NCBI GenBank assembly: GCA_905178155.1
Contig: CAJINV010000006.1
Coordinates: 2,892,658-2,956,657 of the forward strand
Length of the DNA stretch: 64,000 nucleotides
Source of the DNA: Amoebophrya sp. A120
Taxonomy: Eukaryota; Protista; Dinoflagellata
Direction: 5' to 3'
Shown here piece after piece: positions 24,901 to 35,417 of the stretch (position 1 is its first letter; every line of letters begins with the position of its first letter). The translations under genes were made by a program, and so were the position numbers. Below the pieces are notes generated by a model. It was given only the letters and a program-made list of their open reading frames with translations. It was not told the origin of the DNA and did no database searches.

Positions 24901-26087
24901 TCCAGACCTCGTGGGTCATGGAAAACCTGCACTACAAATCGCGCACTCTTCCAGACCCAGACATTTTTGGATTTGATAAAGTCCAAGGAACTCGAGCACA
25001 TGGAAAAACTGAACAAGAACACGATCGACAAGCAGTATATGCATTGCAAACATCGATCTGGGTCTGGAAGGTAGTTGCTCCTGCCCCTGCTCAGTACAAC
25101 GCAGAATGTGTACTATCTCACCCCTCACCATTGTGAAGGATGGAGATTGATGCAAGTCCTGGGTGGAGCAATGCATAGGTTGTGAAGGATGCAGGTGCAT
25201 AGCGCTGCCTCCTTGTTTTGTCGTGCACCACAAACTGGAATTTTAGCTCACGCACGACTTGCAGTTGCACAGCCGCTCGGAGTAAATTATTTTTCACGCG
25301 TGGCTGCGTCCTGAAGTCAGCTTTTCATGTAAGAACAGCATCACAAGTTTCCAGACCAGAGACAGAGAGTTTATTGCAGTGGATACAGTATGTAACGAAC
25401 ATTCTGCTGAAATTCATTAACGCCGACCCGGATACGGACACCGAGACGCGTATGGAAGCGTCAGGATTGAAATCATCAAAGTTGAAATAAGTAGTTTGTG
25501 ATGCATAAAATGCTAGACGCAAAGTGCCTTTCTTGCCGAGCAGGCAACTGAGGCCGATTATAAGCCTGCGTGGGGTCGTCGTGTGAGATAAAGCTGCTAA
25601 AATAGCATGACAAAAGCAGTCTTCTCTGCTCAAACAGCATGACAAACTGGATTTCCATGCTGCCTTTTTTTTGTCATGCGCCACTTGCAAACTGGGCTCC
25701 AGCTGGTATCGCTTTTTTGCATTACAGAGTATTTCAACTTTGACGATTTCGATCCTGACACCCTGATAACGGGACTGGAGATGGGCCGTTTGCTAGCGGA
25801 GTCGTTGGATTGGGACCGGGCAAAGTTCGCAAACCTGCTAAAGGTATGCAAAAAAAAAATTGTTTCACTGTGAACTTGTGATGCAGAAATAAATGGAACA
25901 CAGAACTATTTGTCTTGCTACACGACCTGCATAGAGCATTGGAGTTTCAAGTGTGTTTTTCCCTATGGGAAATGCGCGCAAGGTAGGTCTTCAGTGTCAT
26001 GTGTAACAAACTTGTGATGCAGATCTTGCAAAAGCATCACGTTGAAACAGTTTTTTCGTACGATAAGAGGCGACGGGGTCCTACTGA
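12926..26087 (+). CDS. Golgin-like long coiled-coil protein with C-terminal GRAB/GRIP-type domain (GMAP-210/Rud3-like); about 38 exons
   Basis: ATG 12926 to TGA 26085-26087. The frame stays open across 35 TIR elements removed with one 5-bp repeat copy; two decayed introns (~14715, ~24519) are unresolved. E/K/Q/L-rich heptad exons are followed by TIDKQYVTNILLKFINAD...LEMGRLLAESLDWDRAK, which resembles GRAB/GRIP Golgi-targeting motifs. Confidence 0.8.
13822..14073. mobile_element. Introner family A, representative (one of the most abundant; ~250-300 bp)
   Basis: TIR TATCAAATGCAAAAATGT(C/T)TGGGTCTGGAA...TTCCAGACCCAGACATTTTTACATTTGATA; direct repeat CCCAT/CCCAT. Other copies include 13053, 15278, 17543, 19328, 20431, 21183, 22761, 23977, 24717, 30245, 40094, 50784, 52975, 53705 and 54433. 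Confidence 0.95.
14379..14603. mobile_element. Introner family D, representative (~200-225 bp)
   Basis: TIR core AAAA(A/T)CTGTTTCACTGT; repeat CAGGC/CAGGC. Others at 25845, 51405, 52109, 58738, 59191, 61310 and 63515. Confidence 0.93.
16273..16592. mobile_element. Introner family F, representative (~310-340 bp)
   Basis: TIR core GAAAAATCCCCCCTCCCCATAT; repeat CTGCG/CTGCG. Others at 22361, 23072, 26409, 29879, 41112, 42094, 47045, 48720, 49111, 55659, 57075, 58350 and 61580. Confidence 0.95.
17909..18165. mobile_element. Introner family I, representative (~255 bp)
   Basis: TIR with tandem GTTACAATCTCAAACGTTAC units; repeat AAAGG/AAAGG. Others at 10535 and (decayed) 23560. Confidence 0.9.
18220..18368. 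mobile_element. Introner family B, representative (~135-190 bp)
   Basis: TIR TATnnnnTGCAAAAGTATCGTACTCGTA; repeat GAGCA/GAGCA. Other copies include 8111, 10170, 10342, 13641, 15624, 17303, 19644, 19974, 21881, 24280, 43554, 54686, 56050 and 63323, in both orientations. Confidence 0.95.
20169..20385. mobile_element. Introner family H, representative (~210-250 bp)
   Basis: TIR core GAAAAAAGTGTTACAGT; repeat GACGC/GACGC. Near-identical copy at 51864; others at 13358, 44099 and 45038. Confidence 0.95.
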
Positions 26088-27340
26088 GTTTGATTGGTTC
26101 ATATGTAAAAATTCCGCGGTACGTTGTGTTAGCAGATGATCCGAGGTTGTAGTATTGATGGGGACAGTCCCGCTTTAGTACTTCTTTACAACCAATTGAT
26201 TCATTGTTGCACCCTGCGGCGCTGCTAGCGTGGTCGCAGCAATCTTCCTTCCGGGAGAACAAGAAGAAGATGTTTGGGGGGAGCAAGACAGAAAACTTTG
26301 TTGACACGACCAAGCGTGAGCTCACTGTTGTAGCGAAGATGATGAACGAACGACCAGATGAGTTGTACACGAAGCAAGAAGCAGAACCATGAAGCACCAA
26401 AAATGAAGTATCACGAGGAAAAATCCCCCCTCCCCATATCAAAAGGAAGTTTCTGATGCTGGATATCCGTATACAAATCAAATTTGTCTTGCAGTAGAGG
26501 GCACCAGGCTCCAACCAAGCCTGAGGAGAGAGCTTTTGGCCTAGGGGCTTAGCATGCGAGACGTCTATGCTGCAGGCCCAACAGCATCACAAACCGCCTG
26601 CATAATGCGGCAGAGCCTGTGGAGTTGTCTTTTTGCAAGACAGACGTGATTTGTGGTCTCAAATCAGCAAGACAAATTTCCGGAAGCATACCTTTCCGAT
26701 ATGGGGAGGGGGGATTTTCCCTCTCAATATGAAAATGAACACTACGATAAACCACGACCCCCGAGGACGTCGTGGTCCTCTTCTAAGGCGGCACATCTGT
26801 CAGCTACCTAATATGAGAGTGCACAACTCCCCCTCCCCCTCATTTGCAGGGCAGGAGCAGCAATACAAACACCAACACACTTGGAGCCTGTGCATGACAA
26901 GTTCACGGGCCGAGTGCAGTACTGTTTGGGCTCCTTCTGAAATTTGTCATGCAAACAGTTTCACAAGGCACCAAATGACTTGGGGACTTTGCGTCACATC
27001 TGAGGGGGAGGGGGATTTCGGGTTGTGCGCAACTGTTATACTCAACACTTACCCCCGGAAGAAGATCATGTTCAGACGTCGAACAGAAAAAAAGAAATAG
27101 AGCAACCGTGGTTAAGTAGACTCGTTTAGCACGAAAGAAAAGTGAAAATAAACCAAACTATTTTCATTTCAATCTATCGACTTCTTCTTTCTTTGCCTCT
27201 GTGCTTCACAGCTCGGTCGTCCTCTGTAGGGGAAGAACGTCTTGCCTACTAAGTGAAAATGTCGTTATTTCGGTAGCTTTTACCTCGTGCAAAATTGATA
27301 AACAGCGACAAAGTACTAGAATAGTGACGTTGCGTCTACG

Positions 27341-27740
27341 CTTGCGACAAGAAGGACAACTCGGTGACGATGCTTCTACGCTTGCGAAAAGAACTACAAC
27401 TCGGTGGCTGTGCTTCTCGTACGAAAAGACCTACAACTCGGTGGCTTTGCGTCTCTTGCGAAAAGAACTACAACTCGGTGGCTATGCTTCTCGTACGAAA
27501 AGACCTACAACTCGGTGGCTTTGCGTCTCTTGCGAAAAGACCTACAACTCGGTGGCTTTGCGTCTCTTGCGAAAAGACCTACAACTCGGTGGCTTTGCTT
27601 CTCGTTCGAAAAGAACTCCTCGGTGGCTGTGCTTCTCGTGCGAAAAGAACTCCTCGGTGGCGTTGCGTCTCTTGCGAAAAGAACTGCTCGGTGGCGTTGC
27701 GTCTCTTGCGAAAAGAACTGCTCGGTGGCTGTGCTTCTTT
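27341..27740. repeat. Minisatellite of about 11 units (mostly 37 bp, then 34 bp)
   Basis: Unit CGAAAAGA(A/C)CTACAACTCGGTGGCT.TGC.TCTC.T.; the last four units are 3 bp shorter. Confidence 0.95.
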
Positions 27741-29828
27741 CACGACACACAGGTCGGTGACTTTCGTTCTTCTTTGAGATGCAATAAAGCACTTCGCGCT
27801 GTTCTCGGAATGATGGGGCGGTGAATACTTTAGAACACTAAAAGCATGCTTCTCTTCCATGGTATCAAACGAATTTTTATCTTGCAACGACGTTGAATTG
27901 AATAATCCGGTACTTTTAAAACCTTCTCCCCACAAAACAGCAGCGAATTCGCGCAAGAACTATCGTTTCCTCTCGGACGGTAAACCTTGCTCACCGAACT
28001 CTTGCCCACAACATCTTGTATCAAATGCAAATGCGTCATCTGGGTGTAGTGGATGAAACTTGTGGTGCTAAAATGTCGTGGATGATGGAAACACTTCCGA
28101 ACGCAGCTGAGCATGACAACAGTCCAGAACGCTTTCTCATACCCAGTCCGCATGACAATAAAATGGCTGCGGCTTTTGTTGGTTATGCAATACAGATTTC
28201 CCAGGAAAAATGTAGAGCTAGCATATATACAAGTTCCATCTACTTTCCAGACCCAGACATGTTTGCAATGCATACCTCACATCAATTTAACGAAACTCAC
28301 TGCACACAACAAACTTAACGACAACGACGACGTACAACCTCTCTGAACTACCGCAACTTTTTTACCACGAACTTAAGCACTACTCTCAAAAAATCAAAAC
28401 CTCGAGAAAAAAAAATAAATTGAAACGGACGGGAAAAGTAACCACCACCTGCTCAAACGACTCGACGGAGTTGGAATAAGTATAGTACTAGTAGTGAAGC
28501 AATCTAGTACGAAACACAACTTGCACTTGTACGAGAAGGAGACCACGACGACTCAACGACTAGAAGGTATTCATTTGATGCGCTCGAAGACATTTTCTGG
28601 AGTCACCTTGTTTCTACTGTAGCTTTCAAAGGCGATTGCCTACTGTAGGGGTCTCATCTAGGGTGGTCTACTACTTACATTGGATCGAACCCTACTGCAG
28701 GTTTAATAAAAAAACATTTAGTATTTATTTTTTTTGCAAACAGCCACGAAGACAAACTCTGCCCGAAAAGTTCGCCGTTTTTGTGAACCTGTTTTTCTTT
28801 TTTCAACCTTCAGAAGGATTTTGCGGCCTTCTGTACCTTTTTGTAGAATTCTCATGTGATGTTTTTCCCCTATGATACTGCAATTAAGTAGGATCTGCGA
28901 CGAGGACTCAACGACGAGAAGGAGATTATACTTCACAGGACGCCATCAACATCGTTCGAGTATTACAATGAAAAATACCCCCACCCCAAAATTTGCAAAA
29001 GTTTCTGATGCGAAGTTTCCAAATGAAAACTTTTTGTTTTGCATGGAAGGACTGCGAGTCTTTGTGGTGCAGAACCTACTAGATTGCGCCGTAAAGTACT
29101 TATCTTTTGCATACGAGATCCGGGCGGCTGGTGCTGGGCTTTTTGCATTACAATTTTGAGCTATTCAGCATGAGAAATTTGTGATGCTTATATATGCAAG
29201 ACGGGGGGTGTTTCTATATGGAAAGGCTTGCACTAAAAGTGCTGCCAAGCGCTGGGGTGGGGGCACTCTTCGTTTTAATACCGGAGGAAGCTAATTCACA
29301 AACACAGCACGACACCGGCGACAGAGGGATCGTGAACGAGATTTCTCTCGTCCTCCTACTCATCAAGCTCTACGCGGCGAAGCAGCGGTCTCGCTTGGTC
29401 GGAGAAGGACCAGGAAGCAGCACCTGAGGCATCAAGGAAGAAAGGAGAGGTAGTATTTTAGAAGTAATTCCGAATGTTGTCTGATTTAGTCAGTACTAGT
29501 TTTTTTCGATATTCGAGCGGAATCAATAGTGTCAATCCTTTTGGCCCTCGAGGAGCGTTGCATTTTTTTTAGTACTTCATAGGTAGACAAACAAAAAGAA
29601 GATGCATTAGGTGGAAGCACTTTCGAAAGTGCGTAGCCAGTTACCGCAGCGCACCAGCTGCAGCTCCGTGGGAAGTGAAAGGGTCTTCGTCTTGAAAAGG
29701 TAATGAAGATAGAATGAACTTTATTAATAATTTTTTTATAGTGACAAATGATTTTGAATTTTATTTTTATCTGCACCACAGGTACTATTTTGCTTCGATA
29801 CAACTCCGAGTTGTGCACGATCGAAGCA

Positions 29829-32800
29829 ATGGCAACTACACTGGTAGACAACATGCCCTACGGGGAAAACAAGCTGGTTATCATAAGGAAAAATCGCCTC
29901 TCCCCATATCGAAAAGGAACTTTGTGATGCTGATTTGTGACCACAAATCAGCTTTGTCTTGCGTACAAGGCAAACGGGATCCAACATGTTGCGCATTGTA
30001 CAGCGAGTCTGTCATTCCTTTTCACCTATGTCAAACTTGTTTCTCATGCTCAGCTGCTAGCCGGATGCGTCCCCAAATGGGCTTAGAATATGCCGACAAG
30101 TAGGTCTTGCTGGAATACAAAGCTCGTTTGATGTGATGTTCGCAAATCCAGCAACGCAAACTGTCTTTTGAATATGGGGCGGGGGATTTTTTCACTTTGA
30201 TACCGGTGGTCCCCGAAGAGGTCGAGGCGCTGGTCCCCGAAGAGTATCAAATGCAAATATGTGTGGGTCTGGAAGGATGCAACTTGTCGTGCTAAGTCTG
30301 GATAGTACAAAAATTTGTGTTGCATGATCACCAAAAGGTCTCCACTTTTGAACAAGTTTAGCGGCAGTTTGTCATGCAGGATAGACATGATAGAGACTTC
30401 GCAGAACCGGTCATGCTAGGTCCTGCATTGCAGACGAGACCTCCTGGGGCATGGAAAATATGCATGACAAGTTGCATTCTTCCAGACCCAGACATATTTG
30501 CATTTGATAAAGAGGCGGGGATGCCCACCGCCATGCTGACCCTCTCGCCGTCTCCGCAGAAGGCGGGCGGTGAAGTGGAGCCGACCACGTGCACCGGACC
30601 TCCTATGGAATTCGCAACTCGCTTACCTTCTCAACTATTACATGAATTTGTCGTGCAAAACTTGTAGTGTACCATCATCGTCCCCACGACCAAGCTGCTT
30701 CGCATGACAAATTCGCAAAGGGCTAAACAGCGCCTAATCTGTGCGAGGAGCTGTGTTGTAATGCTACAGGGGCATGCAACCGGAACCGCTCCTGTTGCAC
30801 TCACTTTTGCTATTTTTGCATCACAAATTCGTGTAAAAAACAGTTGAGAGTATAACGTTTGAGAATCCCATACCTCTCCAAGAAGATTTGGCGAAGCACG
30901 GAGGGCCGAAGACCGGGGACAAGCCGGCTGCGACCGGGAAGCCGAAGGGCTATGCGAAGCGGGCCGGCAAGCGCAAGCAGGTGGTGATGCAGCGCTACCA
31001 AAAACTGGGTCGGGACTACGGTTGTCACCTGCGGAACAAGAGAGCCACGGCCGGCGCCGCCGCGGCCGCTGGCTTTGGCTCGATGAACGCCACCGAGGTG
31101 CAGGCGGTCCGCCGCACGACGCCGAAAGCCTCCTCCACCTCCGGTCCCGCTGTCCAGGCCTTTCTGGCCATCACGGAGGAAGGCGAGGCTGTGGAAGATG
31201 AGAACACTACTGTCGAGAAGAATAAGCGCAAAGCCGAATCGGAGGTCCCTGAACTTGTGCCGCGCGAACCTGCTGTCGTCAATGACAACGAGCTGGAAGC
31301 GACCGGGATCATGCTGGAGATGGTCCCGGAGCTGCATGCTGGAGAGGCGGTCCCTGACGGAGAAGAACCCGCGGAGCAACAGCTGCAAGAAGGCGAAGTT
31401 ATTGCAAAGCAACCCGAAGCAGCCGGCAACATTCCACCCATTCTGGGCGAAGTGGCAGAAGAACACGACAAGCCTGGCAGTGACGAAGTCGCCCCCGGGG
31501 TGGTGCCCAATATCCACTGCAAAAGTATCGTAGTGGTAGTACTAATTGCAACCATGCATGACAAAAAATCCAATCTTCTATCTGATTTATAGATCTTTCA
31601 TGACAAGTTCCATTTCTCAGAAAAATTTAAAATTTGTATTTGTCTATGTATCGCAATTTTTCATACTAGGATTAGGATGATACTTTTGCAATGCATACCG
31701 GAAGATGGCTTTCTGCAAAAGACACAGGAGCATTATGGAGGCAATCTCAAGCGCTAAGTGCTACATTGGTCGCTGTTCTTACATGAAGACTTGTCATGCA
31801 GAACCACGAACACGATCACTTTTGACACGATCAAGCGATTTTGCCTGAGACCTCGTATCGACGCGCTAAAAGATAGCTGCGCTCCGAAATTTTGTTTTCC
31901 GTGCCGACTCTGTACTCAAATTCAAAAATACGCGCAGGGGCGGGCTGCCCCCTTTCGCTTTCCTGTGCAATGATTTCTTTACTGGTCTTGCATTGCAAAA
32001 TGAAAATTTTTATAGACCGGCGAGCAATGTAACCACCTTTGAGAGTCCCTCCATAAGCAGGAGCAGGCGAATATGGCATTCTCAATCGTTAGTACATTGT
32101 TAGCTGTTGCAAGAGAAGAACACGACTTGTAATGCAAAATCAAGTTCAGGAGCTTCGACGCGATCCAGCAACTTCATATGGCCGAACAGGAAATCTGTTC
32201 CAAATTTCTAATGCGAGGAGAGGCGCAACAACAAAATATTAGATATATGTGCTCCTGCCTTTCCGTCCTGCTGCAATTCTTGCATCACAAATTCGTGCAT
32301 GAGTTGAGAATGTAACGGTTGAGAATCTGATAGCGAAGAAGATTCCTGCCGATGAAGAAAAAACGCGGGCCAAGGACGACGACGTGGAAGGAAAACACGG
32401 GTTTCTGCAAAGGGAGGGCCAAGGAAATAAACAAGCTGTAGCGAGCGGCGACACCAGCGCCCTCTATTCGTCGGCATGTATCGAGTGCGTTTGCAAGGCA
32501 TATCAGGAAGCACGTGCTGCAGACGCAGGTTTGCTTCCTCGAACGACGAAGTGGCGCTCCACGCCTTTCTTGAAGGCTTTCGCGGACGCGGCAACCGATT
32601 CCGCGGGCTGCGTAGAAAAATGTCCTGAATCCACCACGACCTTGAAGAAACCCTTGACGGACCTTCAGGGTCTTGGCTTCACCCCGAATTCCTTGAATCC
32701 CAAAAACTGGGTCGGAAATCCGTTCTTCTACCAAAGTAAAAAACGCTCCCACAGGAAATACCTTGAGATGGAATCCATACAAAGCAAAAACGTGGTCCGA

Positions 32801-34100
32801 GTGTATGACTCGGACGTCATACATTATAAACAAACACAGTAAGAAGTCCAATTTAGATTTCTTTGTATCTGACAGTGCAGCAGACACAGAGGTGGGGTAT
32901 TGTTGATGCTCCTGCAAAGTGCAGCGTCGGACAGGCGGCAACATCCCGTGCCAGTATGGAGACAAGAATTGTATGCTGTGCTGAACCGCAGACGAAAGCA
33001 CGAAAGACAAACTCCCTCCTACCTGCAACTACATGCCTCACAACTGCCACCTCTTACTTACGCAGTACTGCGGCACGGCTTCTGCGTGTGCTTGTGGGTT
33101 GTGGCGAAGCGCGCAGCTGTACTAGGTCCAGCATGCCACATGAAAACTGCGCCGGCTTGGCTCCGGGGGTATCAATGCAGCGCGGGAGCGTTTTTTACAT
33201 GTTGATAGGCCCAGGCGAAAGTTGCGCGCGGAGCTGCGTAGTGTATTGGGTGGGGCCTGCGGCGGTGGGCACACGATTACGGTGACGTATTCGGATGGGA
33301 GGAAGTACACCGGAAAGGTGGACGAGAGAGGCGAGCCGACGGGCGACTCGGGCAAGATGGTTTGGCAGGATGGGTTGGAGTTTGTCGGGAACTTCAAGGA
33401 CGGCCAACCGCACGGCAAAGGGACGATGAGCATGCCGGATTTGGAAAATGAAGGTGGGCGGAAGGAGAAGGAAGGGGACGACTGGGGGTATGGAGAGATC
33501 AAGTATCCTAGTGGCAGTAGTTACGTGGGCCACCATGTTGGAATGAGGTATGGCAACGGCACCACAAAACTGAAGTATGGCAGGGGCACATACACATTTA
33601 CGGATGGCAAGAGTGCGTACGAGGGACAGTGGTGGGACGACGAGTTCAACGGCGAGGGCACGTACACGCACGCGAACGGCGACCGGTACGAGGGACAGTT
33701 GACGGGCAACCAGAAGAACGGCAAGGGCACGTTCGAGTGGGCGTTGCTCGGCAAAGTGTACGTGGGACAGTGGAAGGGCGACAAGGTGCAGGGCGAGGGC
33801 AAGCTCACGTGGAACAGCGGCGAAATGTACGAGGGACAGTGGCACGACAACAAGAGGGACGGCAAGGGCGTGATGACGTGGTCCCCCAACAGCGCGGCAA
33901 AAGTAGGCAATTTTGTGGGAACGTGGGTGAATGACATGATCAGCGGCGAGGGCATCCTCACGTGCAACAATGCCAAAAAGACCACCCACGACGGAAACTG
34001 GAAGACGGAAGAAGGGCGCACATTTTTGGTTTCGGGGGAAAATGGCGCTCATGGCGGCGACCTCCTTGAGCTCTGCAAAGAGCCCGCCTCTTCGCAGTGA
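29829..34100 (+). CDS. Multi-exon protein with low-complexity N-terminal region and C-terminal MORN repeats
   Basis: MATTLVDNMPYGENKLVVPEEVEALVPEE... joins in frame across elements at 29879, 30245, 30604, 31511, 31734, 32072 and a decayed intron at 32825-33207 into the MORN exon. The start codon is tentative. Confidence 0.65.
33208..34100 (+). CDS. Terminal exon encoding tandem MORN repeats
   Basis: ORF 33222-34100 has repeated YEGQW.dd...G.G.Y/W..G units (YEGQWWDDEFNGEGTYTHANGDRYEGQ, YVGQWKGDKVQGEGKLTWNSGEMYEGQWHDNKRDGKG). Confidence 0.9.
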
Positions 34101-35065
34101 GTCTTGCGCAGCAACACTGCCCTCGAACTCGAAGGTAAGCAGATTCGAACTATACTAAAGTATCCATGTCGTGTTTATCTATTATCGACCTCGGCATATT
34201 AAGACTCAGATGAATGTGTCAAGAGATTCCCACGGCAAACTCCTCCACCATCAAAGTGCAGCGCCACAGCCAGACTGCATACAGAGTCCTGCCCTTTTGC
34301 CTGTAGCAGTAGCGCAGCACCTCTATTGTGGTTTCCGGTTTCGATTTTATTTGAACGCGTGCAGCAGCAAGGCCAAATTTCTTTATCTTCCACTTTCATG
34401 CAATAAATCGGAGTTTTTTTTTTGTAGTTTGTGCCATTTTGTTTTTTTTTTTCGGGATCACGCATGGCTCGACAAGGCCGCGACCGTTCAGTTTTTTTTC
34501 CGGCCTTTTGGCCGACATTACTTTCCCAAGTAGAACAAGAACAAAACAAAAAGAGCGCTAAAGGCCGGGGCCCCCGAGTTCGTTGCCGTTGGTAGGTGAG
34601 TAAATGCTCGGAGTCTTTCTCTTTGTCTTTTTTAAACATTCAAGCACACAGCACCTCTGCACCCAGCAGAAAGCTTCGCCTTCGGTATGAACAGACCGGA
34701 AGGCGTTGCTATGTTTGTGCCTAGAGTTCGACTCGTTATTATCAGATTTTTTTTTGCTATTTTGTAGAAAATAAATGGCACTTTCTAGGATTTTTCGTTT
34801 TCCTGTCGCAAACCGTGCTTATTGATTCCACCCTCATCGTATCAAAGGCAAGAGTGTCTCGGTCTGGAAGATTCTGAACTTGTAATGTTGTCTCTGGATT
34901 CTGAAAAAAATTGTATTGCATGACCAGCAAGGGGACTCCACTTTGTGCTACTCGGAGAGGGCGTATCTCATGCGGTAGAGGTATCGCAAAGCGCTCTAAA
35001 AATCTGGGATGCTACGGCATGCATCACAGACGTTTTTGGGTCATGGAAAATATGCATGACAAATC

Positions 35066-35417
35066 CGCTGCGACTGCTCGCCTTGCTTGCGGCTGCTCGC
35101 CATGAAAGCAACTACATTGTGGCTTGCCTCACTTTTTTAAGAGGGGTTTTTTCGTAGATGGGTCTGTGTCATAGTAGATACTTTACCGCTTTTTTACTTT
35201 TCTTTTCTCCCCCGGCGCTAGTGTTATTGGTTTGCACACAAAGTTATCCCTACTTAGATAACGACAAAAGCTCACCCTGCAGCCGTCCCAGGAGCTCTTT
35301 GCTGTTGTCTCTCGGTAGTGATCGCTTTGTCCAAGTCGATTTCTGCTAGAGTTTGCTGAGTATGCGGCTACCGTTTTAGGCTATTTACATAGGGACGCCC
35401 TGCCCTTAGTTTCCCAA
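35066..35417. mobile_element. 352-bp insertion with 11-bp direct repeat inside a family A element (34840-35466)
   Basis: CATGACAAATC at 35055-35065 and 35418-35428; no TIR seen. Confidence 0.6.

Noticed and set aside
27341-27740. CRISPR-like array
   Set aside because: Units are contiguous with no unique spacers, no cas genes are present, and the context is eukaryotic.
26204-29427. Additional small genes between the golgin and MORN genes
   Set aside because: Removing elements at 26409, 26812, 28019 and 28961 did not give a convincing long ORF; may be UTR or decayed sequence.
30810-34052. Long minus-strand ORFs (30810-31517, 32285-33028, 33195-34052)
   Set aside because: Antisense shadows of GC-rich + strand exons.
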